64,000 nucleotides of DNA, from assembly GCA_963734545.1 (NCBI GenBank), contig CAVTHO010000008.1, positions 704,001 to 768,000 on the forward strand, written 5' to 3'. Within the stretch, counting starts at the first letter, position 1. The number at the start of each line of letters is the position of its first letter. Of the stretch, positions 18,906 through 28,878 are shown one piece after another. Position numbers and translations under genes: made by a program. The notes beneath the pieces were generated by a model. It was not told where the DNA came from and made no database searches. It saw nothing but the letters and a program-made list of their open reading frames with translations. The stretch comes from an uncultured Spirochaetota bacterium (lineage in GTDB: Bacteria; Spirochaetota; Spirochaetia; SZUA-6; Fen-1364).

Positions 18906-20143
18906 ATGCTCCCGAGGCGAACTCCCTGAACCTTCGATCCATTGCGCGACCAGATTGGAAAAGGACGCTCTACGCAATAGCGGCCGCCGAGCTGCTCGCG
19001 GTGGCCGGCTTTTCGACCTCCACGCCCATCATCCCGTTCTACCTGCAGGACCTGGGGGTGAGCGATCCCTCCCGGCTCAAGCTGCTCACCGGCCTGCTGC
19101 AGGCGCTTCCTTCCGTGAGCCTGGTGGTTTTCTCCCCCATCTGGGGAGGTCTTGCCGACAATTACGGACGAAAGCCCATGCTGCTCCGCGCCTTGATCGG
19201 CGGCGTCATCATCATGCTGCTGCAGGGGCTGGTGACCGCGCCCTGGCAGCTGCTCGTGCTGCGCACCCTGCAGGGCTGCATCACCGGGACGGTCGCCGCG
19301 GCCACGATCCTCGTCGCATCGGTTTCCCCGCAGGAGGAAGCGGGGTACTCGCTCGGTCTTCTGCAGATGGCCATATTCCTGGGCGCCTCGCTCGGTCCGC
19401 TGTTTGGAGGCGTCATCGCAGACCTGTTCGGCCGTCGTGTCAACTTCTTCGCCACGTCGGCCCTCCTCCTTGCCGCCGCATTCATCGTCACCCGGTACGC
19501 ACGGGACAATTTCAAGCCGCCGGCGAACCGCAAGTCGATTCTCAAGAGCATGATTCCCGATTTCCGCCCCGTCGCGTCCTCGAAGGCCCTCCTGTCCCTC
19601 CTCGCGGTCATTGCGGCGGACCAGGTGGCAGGCTCGATCCTGAACCCTTTCCTGCCGCTGATCATCCAGGGCCTGAGCGCGGGCAGCGCCCATGTCGGGT
19701 CCACCACCGGCCTGATCCTCGGTCTGGGTGCCGTGTCGAGCGCGCTCGCCGCGTTCAGCATCGGAAAAATCAGCCACCGTATCGGCTACAGGCGCACCCT
19801 GGTCATCTGCATGGTGGGGGCTTCGGTCTTCATGATACCGCAGGCATTCGCCCGCACACCGCTCGAGCTCCTGTTATTGAGGATTGCGAGCTGCTTCTTT
19901 GTCGGCGGCAATCTCCCTTCCGCAAACGCCCTGATTGCGCAGAGAACGAGGCATGGCACGCAGGGAAGCGTGTACGGCCTTTCCAGCGCCATTGCCTCGG
20001 GAAGCAATGCGCTGGGGCCCGTCATCGGCGCGTCCATTGCGGTGAGCGCCGGCTACGCCTCGGTGTTCCTCAGCACGGCGGGCATCCTGGCGGCAGCGGG
20101 AATTGCCATCCTGGTTTTCGTGAGGAATCAGCGCATTTCTTGA
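18906..20143 (+). CDS. MFS transporter (DHA1/MdtG-like); start uncertain
   Basis: About 12 TM segments; motif A 'GGLADNYGRKPML'; TATAAT at 18890; ATG at 18906 is out of frame with the main ORF. Confidence 0.85.
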
Positions 20144-20177
20144 CGAATATATTGCTTTCATATTATGAAGAAGGATC

Positions 20178-20963
20178 GTGAATTCCAAGAAGTTGACCCC
20201 GGGCGAGATTTCCGCCAGCGTGGAAAAAATCCGCAAGCGGTACGACGAGTACATCAACAAGTTCTTCAAACCCCGGTCTCTGCGGGAAGCGTTCGAGGGC
20301 AGGTACATAAAGGCCCTCCGCGCAGGCATCGATGTCTCCTCCTTCCTCATCGCGGAGATCAGCGCCATCGAAGAGCTCATCGCGCGGGAAGAGCAGCGCG
20401 TGATGGCGGGTCCTCCACGCGCCAGCGCAGCGAAGGAGCCGAGCTTCGCGGACAAGATACTGGAGGAGAACCGCAAACGCATCGAGAAGTATCCCGACGT
20501 CCTGTTCCACAACGATGCGGGAGAGGAGGTGCGCCGGCTGGTGGGCGCACTCTCCGGTCTGGAGAAGGACCACTGGCCCGACCTGACCACTGCTCTTCGC
20601 GATACGATGTACGCCATGAACTCCGCGGAGATGCTCGCCCTCGATTCGCAGCTCCGGTTCCTCGCCTCCACAAACCGGGAGGAGATACCCCAATTCCTCA
20701 CGCGCCTGGTGGGTCAGCTCGCCAAGTTTCCGCGCAATTACGCCGCAATAGACAGGGAGGAGAAGGAGTACATCCTGGAGGCCGGCTTCTTCCTGAACGA
20801 TCTTTTCACCGTGCTGGAGAGGGTGCAGCGCGTCTACACGGAGATGGGCGCCCAGGAGAAACGGATACTCGACGAAAAGAGGGCAGTGGTCGAGGAAATC
20901 ATCGGCGATTTCCGGCTCAAGGATTTCAAGCGCCGGCGCCGCTGGGACCGGGAGGAGAGCTAG
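20178..20963 (+). CDS. Hypothetical protein
   Basis: 261-aa helical ORF with typical codon usage. Confidence 0.7.
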   Translation: MNSKKLTPGEISASVEKIRKRYDEYINKFFKPRSLREAFEGRYIKALRAGIDVSSFLIAEISAIEELIAREEQRVMAGPPRASAAKEPSFADKILEENRKRIEKYPDVLFHNDAGEEVRRLVGALSGLEKDHWPDLTTALRDTMYAMNSAEMLALDSQLRFLASTNREEIPQFLTRLVGQLAKFPRNYAAIDREEKEYILEAGFFLNDLFTVLERVQRVYTEMGAQEKRILDEKRAVVEEIIGDFRLKDFKRRRRWDREES

Positions 20964-21067
20964 GGCAGCCACTGTATTCCGTGGCATTCGTTCAGTCGGG
21001 CGGGATTGCTTCTTGCTGCTCCATGGACATATATTAGTCACTTCGAGGACAGGAAGGGAGACAGGGA

Positions 21068-21391
21068 ATGGCCGACGAAGTCACAGTCACACACAGCAAT
21101 TTCGACGCTGAAGTCGTAAAGTCCGCGGTTCCCGTCGTGGCCGACTTCTGGGCAGAGTGGTGCGGCCCATGCAAGATGATTGCCCCTGTCCTCCGGGAGC
21201 TGGGAACCCAGTATCAGGACAAGATCAAGATCGCGAAGATTGATGTGGACGCGGAGCTGGAGCTCGCCCAGCAGTTCAATATCACGAGCATTCCGACCAT
21301 CCTGGTGTTCAGCAAGGGCAAGGTGGTGAAGCAGCAGGTCGGCGCGGTACCGCGGCAGGCATTGGAAAAGATGATAAAGGAAGTCCTATAG
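21068..21391 (+). CDS. trxA: Thioredoxin
   Basis: '[15 protein letters not shown]'. Confidence 0.97.
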   Translation: MADEVTVTHSNFDAEVVKSAVPVVADFWAEWCGPCKMIAPVLRELGTQYQDKIKIAKIDVDAELELAQQFNITSIPTILVFSKGKVVKQQVGAVPRQALEKMIKEVL

Positions 21392-21456
21392 CTGTCACGC
21401 TCAACAGCACCACCGGCGCATCCAACAGCCAATAGGTGCCAATCACGGTTGCTCAA

Positions 21457-22474
21457 CTAAGGCTCGTACACCTCGTCGCTGTTCTCCGCGCCAAAGGTCG
21501 CCTTGCGTGTCGGCACGATATGCCAATCCTCCGCGCTGTCCGTGTCCGCTCCGCTGGACTGTCTGCAGATGGAGCGCGTGCCCGTGGAGCCTTCCGGGCT
21601 CACCGCATCTTCCGGGCTCACCCGCGCTCCTGCGGGCTTCCAGCCGCCGTCCAGGACCAGCTCCTCCGCGCGGTTCAGCGTTTCAACAGACCCGAAGCCC
21701 CGGTACGATTCGTCCGACTGCGAAGTGCGATTGCTGTACAGCACGCCGTCAAGGCATATTCCTCCCGGGCGGTCGTAGAGGCTGAGAACGCCATTGTTGC
21801 CGGGGAGCCCCCTGCCATCTGCAACCCACAGGTCCCAGGCGATGTCCGAAGCATCGAACCCTCGCGACGCGGCCATGTCCTCTGTCTCATTCAACTCTGC
21901 CGGATCCCCCGACGGCTTCCAGTGCACCAGGATGAATACGCCTTCTGCCACCTCAAGGGGAGGAAAGACGATCCTGGTTGTCGAAGCTCTCCGGTGTACC
22001 CTGATAGAGAACCACCCCGCCCAGGTCACCGGCAGAGAGTGCTTTCAGCTCCACGAGGTCTGGATGGTTGCCTGACCCCTGGGGAGTGAACTCGTTGATG
22101 AGGAGCCGCGGCACTCGTCCGTTGTACCCGTAGAAGTCAGCCATGAATGAGGCGCAGTTGCCCTTTGCGTCCTCCGCCTCGGCTTCCAGCGTATACAGCC
22201 TGCCCGGCGTCTGCGTCTCCGCCCGGATCACTATCCTCCTGCCGGGACCCGTGATCTCCGTTACCGCGAGCGGGGGGGAGATCCTGGTCTTGTCCGCCAC
22301 CAGGGATGCATCCTCGTCGAACTCGACACTGAGCTCTGAAGGACCCGTCGTCACCACCGCCTGGAGCTGCGGCGGACGAAGGTCCACATCCACGGACCGC
22401 GTGTCAGGAAGGGGCCCGCAGGCGACAGGGAAGCCGAGAACAAAGACCGGCAGAAGCCGTTGCATGACTTTCAT
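21457..22474 (-). CDS. Lipoprotein with lamin-tail-like domain (frameshift near 21970)
   Basis: Lipobox-like 'FPVAC'; 'LLINEF...DLVEL'; C-terminal 'WHIVPTRKATFGAEN' in a second frame. Confidence 0.6.
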
Positions 22475-22575
22475 GGCGCCTCCCGCACATAGAACGGGCG
22501 ATTCTACGCGGCGCTTGCGTCGCGTGCGGCGTTTTGCTTTACCCGAAGGAGGAATTCGGGTAGACTCGCGTTGAA

Positions 22576-23229
22576 ATGCCTGATGACTTGCTGAAGAGAT
22601 TCTCCCGCGCGTATGCTCCCGGCGCAGCGATCTGCCAGGAAGGCGAAGATGGCGAGGAGATGTACATCATCCAGAAGGGCAAAGTCAGAGTCAGCAAGCG
22701 GTTCGGCGGCAGGACGCACGTGGTCTCCATTCTCGAGAAAGGCGATTTCTTCGGCGAGATGGCCATCGTCAACCGCATCCGGCGTACTGCCACGGTGACC
22801 GCAATCGACGACGTGGAGCTGCTCGTCTTCGATCGGGAGGGCCTGCAGAACATGATCGCCCGCAATGCCCTGATCGCGCTCAACATCATCGACAAGCTGT
22901 GCCGAAGGCTCCAGAACGCTCACCTCAAGATCCAGCATCTGGTGAAGAGAGACGCATGGGGGTTGATCGCGCTGCACCTGCGCTACCTCTACCAGGAGCT
23001 TCCGGGAGGCCTGGAGGCGGTCCCGTTCGAGAAATGCCTCGAGGAAATCTCTCTCAGCCTCGAGCTCCCAATGGAAATCGTGCGCGGGGTGCTCGTCGAG
23101 ATGCAGGGGGAAGGGATTCTGTTGAAAGTGGGAGACTCCCTGAGCCTTGTCGACCGGGAGAAGCTCCTCAAGCTGACCGAGTCGGTAGGCAAGGAACAGG
23201 GAGCTCAGCCGGACGGCGTGCTGCCCTGA
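22576..23229 (+). CDS. Cyclic-nucleotide-binding (Crp/Fnr-type) protein
   Basis: 'EGEDGEEMYIIQKGKV', 'GDFFGEMAI...RTATV'. Confidence 0.88.
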   Translation: MPDDLLKRFSRAYAPGAAICQEGEDGEEMYIIQKGKVRVSKRFGGRTHVVSILEKGDFFGEMAIVNRIRRTATVTAIDDVELLVFDREGLQNMIARNALIALNIIDKLCRRLQNAHLKIQHLVKRDAWGLIALHLRYLYQELPGGLEAVPFEKCLEEISLSLELPMEIVRGVLVEMQGEGILLKVGDSLSLVDREKLLKLTESVGKEQGAQPDGVLP

Positions 23230-23281
23230 GCGCGCAGGCGGCCGAGCGGAGCGCCGCGGACCAGGCACCACATGGGGCGCC

Positions 23282-23689
23282 TCACGGCTTCTTTGCGATG
23301 CTCGCTTCCAGGCGTTCCTTCAGCTTCTGAGAAAGCAGCAGCGGGGCAGGCGGCACCGAGTCGCCCTGATTCGCGTACTCGGTCAGCAGCGCATCGATGA
23401 GCGTGGCCGCCGTGTCGTTTTTTCCCATCTTGTGGTAGAGAAATGCGATTTCGTAGGCAGCCCACACCTTGTGGTCCTTGTCGTCGGGGTACCTCTGCTG
23501 GCACTCCTTGTAGAACGTGATGCCCAGCGCATAGTCGCCCCGGTCAGCGGCATCCTGCGCCCGCTGGAAGATCTCGCCGGCCGTCAGCCCCTCCGGCAGC
23601 GTGCGCGGCTGGCCGGCGCACGACACCAGGAGCACGAGTGCCGATACGCACAGGATTGACAGAATAGTGGTTTTCACGATCTTCATCAT
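23282..23689 (-). CDS. TPR-containing lipoprotein
   Basis: Lipobox 'LLVSC'; TPR-like helices. Confidence 0.7.
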   Translation of the reverse strand: MMKIVKTTILSILCVSALVLLVSCAGQPRTLPEGLTAGEIFQRAQDAADRGDYALGITFYKECQQRYPDDKDHKVWAAYEIAFLYHKMGKNDTAATLIDALLTEYANQGDSVPPAPLLLSQKLKERLEASIAKKP

Positions 23690-23721
23690 ATATCCAGGTT
23701 CAAGATATATCCAGGATCACG

Positions 23722-24032
23722 TCAGGTCGAGTAGATCTCGTCTTTGATAGGAAGGTTTTTCTTGAGCTCTTTCAGGAAGATCTCCACCTCCCCCATCGGC
23801 TCATATGTATCGCACTGGTCGAGAGTCCGCCTGATGACGGTGAAGTACTTGTAGACCTTTTCCTCACCGAGCTTCTTCCGCCATTTGCCCGCATCGCAGC
23901 GGACCCGCAGTCCATACTGGCTGGCGTTGCCCATGGGGATTTTTATCAGCTTGCAGTGAATGCAGTTGGCGCAGTAGACCTTGTCCGGGGAGAACTCGTC
24001 TTCGAATGGCTGAAGGTCATTGTCTCTGACAT
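23722..24032 (-). CDS. Small Cys-rich hypothetical protein (probable frameshift just after the start)
   Basis: Open frame upstream of the listed ORF reads DNDLQPFEDEFSPDKVYCANCIHCKL...; ATG at 24032 is out of frame. Confidence 0.6.
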
Positions 24033-24143
24033 CGTTCGCACACTACCATGTTCGTCTTTTCCCGGTCAATAGTTTAGGCATAATGCTGGCCAGCACCGTT
24101 TGTCTTGACATTTCAATGCGAACAAATCTATTGTGAATCCGCA

Positions 24144-25398
24144 GTGGCAACACCCGTCATCATGCCCAAGCAGGGACAATCAGTGGAATCGTGCGTCATT
24201 GTCGGCTGGAAGAAGCGGCCCGGGGACGCGGTGAAAAGCGGTGATATCCTCTGCGAGGTGGAGACCGACAAGGCGACCTTCGAGGTCGAGTCTCCGGCGG
24301 AAGGAACGCTGCTGGCGATATTCCACGAGGCAGGCAGCGACGTTCCGGTTCTCGCCCCTATCGCGGCAATTGGGAAGCCGGGGGAGAATCTCGACGGTTT
24401 GAGAACGGGGGGCACAGCCCCCGCTGCGGCGGTCTCCCCTGCTGCGCGCAGCGCCGCCCCTTCCGCTGCGTCGGCGGCTCTTCCTGCTGTCGCGCCCGGC
24501 GCGCCGGCGAAAGATCATGGCCTCGCCGCGGGCAAAGGCGCTTGCCGCCTCCCGGGGCGTCGCGCTGGCCGGGCTTCGAGGCACGGGCCCGGGCGGCCGC
24601 ATCATCGAGCGCGACGTGAAGGCAGTCATGACCGACGGAGCTCCGCGCACAGCGGCAGGACCGGGGCCAGCGGCGGCCGCGGCAGCGCCGGTGGCCGCGG
24701 GTGAGTTCAAGGAGACAAAAGTCACCGGCATCCGCAAGCTCATTTCGGAGCGCATGCTCGCGTCGCTCCAGACCACCGCGCAGCTTACGCTGAACGCGAG
24801 CGCGGATGCGCGTTCGCTGCAGGACATGCGCAGAAGATTCAAGGAAAGCGCCGAAGGGTTGGGCCTGCGCGACATCACGGTGAATGACATGGTCCTGTTC
24901 GCCGTCTCGCGCTCACTCCTTTCACACCCCGAGCTGAACGCCCTGTATGCGGGTGACTCCCTGCGGCAATACTCCGCCGTGCACCTTGCGTTTGCCGTGG
25001 ACACGCCGCGCGGCCTCATGGTCCCGGTGATCAGGAACGCGCACCTCTTGCGGCTGCGTGAGATCGCGCAGGAGGCGCGGCGCCTGGCGGACGGCTGCCG
25101 CAACGGGGGCATCACCCCGGAAGAGCTCGCCGGCGGGACTTTCACCGTCACGAACCTGGGCGCCCTCGGGGTCCAGAGCTTCACGCCGGTCCTCAATGTG
25201 CCCCAGGTGGGAATCCTCGGCGTGGGATCCATCGTGCCCGGGCCAGTTCTGGCGCCTGACGGCAGCGTGAGCTTCATACCCCAGATCGGACTTTCCCTCA
25301 CCGTCAACCACCAGGTAGTGGACGGCGCCCCGGGTGCGCGCTTCCTGCAGACGCTGGCTTCCGATATCGCACGATTCGATCTGCTCCTAGCGCGGTAG
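24144..25398 (+). CDS. 2-oxoacid dehydrogenase E2 dihydrolipoamide acyltransferase (frameshift near 24510)
   Basis: Lipoyl domain '[10 protein letters not shown]', peripheral subunit-binding 'ASPRAK...[13 protein letters not shown]', catalytic 'NHQVVDGAP'. Confidence 0.92.
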
Positions 25399-25432
25399 CA
25401 CTCACCGCTAGAAGAGAACGGAGACAACACAC

Positions 25433-27895
25433 ATGCCGAAATCCATCATCGTAGACCCGCGAGAAACCCGCACGGCGGGGAAGTTGAGCTTCACCGACAT
25501 TCCTCTGAACGCGTACACCTCCAACGTGAAGAAGGAAGTCGAAAAGCACGGACGGGATGCGCTCGTGCGCGCCTATCGGGACATGGTCCTGATCCGCGAG
25601 TTCGAGACCATGCTCAATACGATAAAGACCAAGGGCGCGTACCAGGGCATCGCCTATGACCACCTCGGCCCTGCCCATCTCTCCATTGGTCAGGAATCGG
25701 CCGTGGTGGGGCAGTGCATGCCCCTCGGTATCGAGGACTTCATCTTCGGGTCCCACAGGAGCCACGGGGAGATCATTGCCAAGTGCCTCTCCGCCGCGGC
25801 AAAGCTTCCGGAAGCGCAGCTCTCCGGCGTCATGGAAAGCTATTTCGGCGGGGCGCCGCTTCGCGTCGTGGAAAAGGGCGCCGCCGGCCCTGTCAGGGAG
25901 CTGGCGGTCGACTATATCCTCTACGGCGTGCTGGCGGAGATCTTTGCCCGTGAGAGCGGCTTCAACAAGGGTCTGGGCGGCTCGATGCACGCATTCTTCG
26001 CGCCGTTCGGCAGCATGCCCAACAACGCGATCGTGGGGGGATCCGCCGACATCGCGGTCGGGGCGGCGCTTTTCAAGCGGATCAACCGGAAGCCCGGCGT
26101 CGTGATTGCGAACATCGGGGACGGCTCGTCCAGCTGCGGCCCGGTCTGGGAAGCCATGATGGTGGCGGCAATGGACCAGTACCGCACGCTCTGGCCGAAG
26201 GACGTCGGCGGCGCGCCTCCCATTCTCTTCAACTTCTTCAACAACTTCTACGGCATGGGTGGACAGACCATGGGAGAGACCATGGGCTTCAAGGTGCTCG
26301 CGCGTATCGGCGCAGGGGTGAACCCCGAGCAGATGCACGCGGAGCGCGTGGACGGCTACAGCCCCCTGGCCGTCGCGGACGCCATCGAGCGCAAGAGGAA
26401 GATTCTGCTCGAGGGACGCGGCCCCGTGCTGCTCGACGTGGTGACCTATCGCTACTCGGGTCATTCTCCCTCGGACGCCTCTTCCTACCGGACAAAGGAA
26501 GAAGTCGCCCTCTGGCAGGACGTGGATTGCATCAAGAGCTTCGGCGAATACCTCGTGGCGGGCAAGATCGCCAGGACGGACGAGCTGGAAGCCATCCAGA
26601 AGAACGCCCTGGAAAGACTGCGCCGGATCACCGAGCTCGCCGTTTCACTGGAGATCTCCCCGAGGATCCAGGTGGCGCCGGACGCCATCGGCGACCTCAT
26701 GTTCTCCAACGGCAGCGTGGAAAAGCTGGAGGAGAGAAAGCCTGAAATGCTCCTGCCCGCGGCGCAGAACCCCCGGCTGATCGCCAACGCCAAGAAGTCG
26801 CGGACGGGCGTCGGGACGGACGGAAAGCCGCTGCCAAAGTCCCAGATCATTTCCTTGAGGGACGCCATATTCGAGGCCATGCTGCATCGGTTCTCCATCG
26901 ATCCCACCATGGCCGCATTCGGGGAGGAGAACCGGGATTGGGGCGGCGCGTTCGCCGTGTACCGCGGACTGACGGAAGCGCTCCCCTACCATCGGCTGTT
27001 CAACACCTCGATCTCGGAGGGCGCCATCGTGGGGGCCGCGGTCGGCTATGCGCTGTGCGGCGGAAGAGCCGTGCCCGAGCTCATGTACTGCGACTTCCTC
27101 GGCCGGGCGGGAGACGAAGTATTCAACCAGGCCTGCAAGTGGCAGGCGATGTCAGCGGGTGTGCTGAAGATGCCCCTCGTGCTGCGCGTGTCGGTGGGCA
27201 GCAAATACGGCGCCCAGCACTCGCAGGACTGGACCTCGATCGTCGCGCACATGCCGGGGCTGAAAGTAATGTTCCCGGTCACCCCGTATGACGCCAAGGG
27301 CATGCTCAACCTCGCCCTCCGGGGCACCGACCCGGTGGTCTACTTCGAAAGCCAGCGCATCTACGACATAGGAGAGATGTTCGTTCCCGGCGGCGTGCCC
27401 GAGGGATACTACGAGGTGGAGGAGGGACAGCCGGCGGTTCGACGCACCGGCACCGATCTCACCATCGTCACCATCGGCGCGACTCTCTACAAGGCGCTCG
27501 AGGCCGCCGAGCGGCTCCAGGGCACACACGGCATCTCCGCGGAGGTCATCGACGCGCGTTTCATCAACCCGCTGGACTACGAGAAGATCCTCGAGTCGGT
27601 GAGAAAGACCGGGCGGTGCGTGCTCGCCTCGGACGCCTGCGAGCGCGGCTCGTTCCTCCACACAATGGCGTCGAACATCTCACAGATGGCCTTCGACTCC
27701 CTGGACGCTCCGGTTGCCGTGGTCGGCGCGCGCAACTGGATCACTCCGGCCGCGGAGATGGAGAACGTGTTCTTCCCGCAGGCGGAGTGGATCCTCGATG
27801 CGATCCACGAGCGGGTGCTTCCGCTGCCCGGCCATACCGTGACGACCGACCAGGGCACTGTCGAGATGCTTCGGAGAAGTCGCAGGGGCGTGTAG
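25433..27895 (+). CDS. TPP-dependent 2-oxoacid/acetoin dehydrogenase E1, fused alpha+beta
   Basis: 'HLSIGQE', 'GGSMH', TPP motif 'GDG...NN', '[10 protein letters not shown]', beta part 'ISEGAIVG', 'GAQHSQ'. Confidence 0.92.
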   Translation: MPKSIIVDPRETRTAGKLSFTDIPLNAYTSNVKKEVEKHGRDALVRAYRDMVLIREFETMLNTIKTKGAYQGIAYDHLGPAHLSIGQESAVVGQCMPLGIEDFIFGSHRSHGEIIAKCLSAAAKLPEAQLSGVMESYFGGAPLRVVEKGAAGPVRELAVDYILYGVLAEIFARESGFNKGLGGSMHAFFAPFGSMPNNAIVGGSADIAVGAALFKRINRKPGVVIANIGDGSSSCGPVWEAMMVAAMDQYRTLWPKDVGGAPPILFNFFNNFYGMGGQTMGETMGFKVLARIGAGVNPEQMHAERVDGYSPLAVADAIERKRKILLEGRGPVLLDVVTYRYSGHSPSDASSYRTKEEVALWQDVDCIKSFGEYLVAGKIARTDELEAIQKNALERLRRITELAVSLEISPRIQVAPDAIGDLMFSNGSVEKLEERKPEMLLPAAQNPRLIANAKKSRTGVGTDGKPLPKSQIISLRDAIFEAMLHRFSIDPTMAAFGEENRDWGGAFAVYRGLTEALPYHRLFNTSISEGAIVGAAVGYALCGGRAVPELMYCDFLGRAGDEVFNQACKWQAMSAGVLKMPLVLRVSVGSKYGAQHSQDWTSIVAHMPGLKVMFPVTPYDAKGMLNLALRGTDPVVYFESQRIYDIGEMFVPGGVPEGYYEVEEGQPAVRRTGTDLTIVTIGATLYKALEAAERLQGTHGISAEVIDARFINPLDYEKILESVRKTGRCVLASDACERGSFLHTMASNISQMAFDSLDAPVAVVGARNWITPAAEMENVFFPQAEWILDAIHERVLPLPGHTVTTDQGTVEMLRRSRRGV

Positions 27896-28022
27896 GGCGG
27901 CCGCGGTACACCGCGGCATTTTTCCGGCAGGGCAAGGCAGCCGCGCCGCCGCGTCAAAGGCACTCGCGTGACATTTCCGCCCGTCTTGACCCCGCTGTTC
28001 TCTCATCCTTATACTCGCATCG

Positions 28023-28878
28023 ATGAGATTCAAAAAAAGCATCCTCGCATGCGCTCTTGCCGTTCTCTGTCTGGTCGCCGGCCACGCGTCCGAGCGGCAG
28101 GCCTGGACATACACCGCGTACCAGCGCGCCATGGAGCAGAGCGGCCGGAAACCGGGAACCCTGGATGAGAGCACCTTCCTTGCCGCGCAGCAGCGCAAGC
28201 AGCGCGTCCTGGACCAGATCAAGGCCATGCTCATCCACGATTTCGGATCCGCCGACCCGGCCATTCTGAAGGCGTTCGAAGAAGTTCCCCGAGAGTACTA
28301 TATGTACGACTACGAGGCTGACCGCAACCTGGGGAAATCAGCCTACGAGCAACCGGCGCGGGAATGGAAGATCGGCTACGGCTCGGTGCTCACCGATTAT
28401 GTCATGCAGGCGTACATGACGGCCAAGTGCCGGCCCCGGCCCACGGACGTCTCCCTCGAGGTAGGGACCGGGCAGCGGATTCCAGAGCTCGCTCCTTTCG
28501 CGGATCGTCAAGCGCGCCTATACAATAGAGATCATCACGTCCCTGGGAGAGAAGGTCAGGAACATTTTCTCCCCCCTGGGTTACGATAATATCGAATCGC
28601 GCGTGGGTGACGGCTTCTTCGGCTGGCCGGAGGTTCCGGGAGGATTTGACATCATTGTTGTCACTGCCCAGGCACCATTCGTCCCGCCTGCTCTCCTTGC
28701 CCAGCTGAAGAAGGGCGGCCGGATGGTGATCCCGATCGGGCAGCCCTGGAAACCCCAGTTTCTCTACACCTTCACGAAGGATGAGCAGGGCAAGGTGCAT
28801 TCCCAGCGCGATGTTTCCACGCTGTTCATCCCGATGACGGGAACCATCCAGACACCGCCCCCCAAGCCGACGCACTGA
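28023..28878 (+). CDS. pcm: Protein-L-isoaspartate O-methyltransferase with N-terminal signal peptide (frameshift near 28470)
   Basis: 'AFEEVPRE', 'IGYGSVL', 'LEVGTG(SGFQS)', 'GDGFFGWPE', 'FDIIVVTA', 'QLKKGGRMVIP', 'FIPMTG'. Confidence 0.82.

Noticed and set aside
23688-23716. ATATATCCAGG direct repeat
   Set aside because: Two short copies in a tiny spacer; most likely a local duplication with no further support
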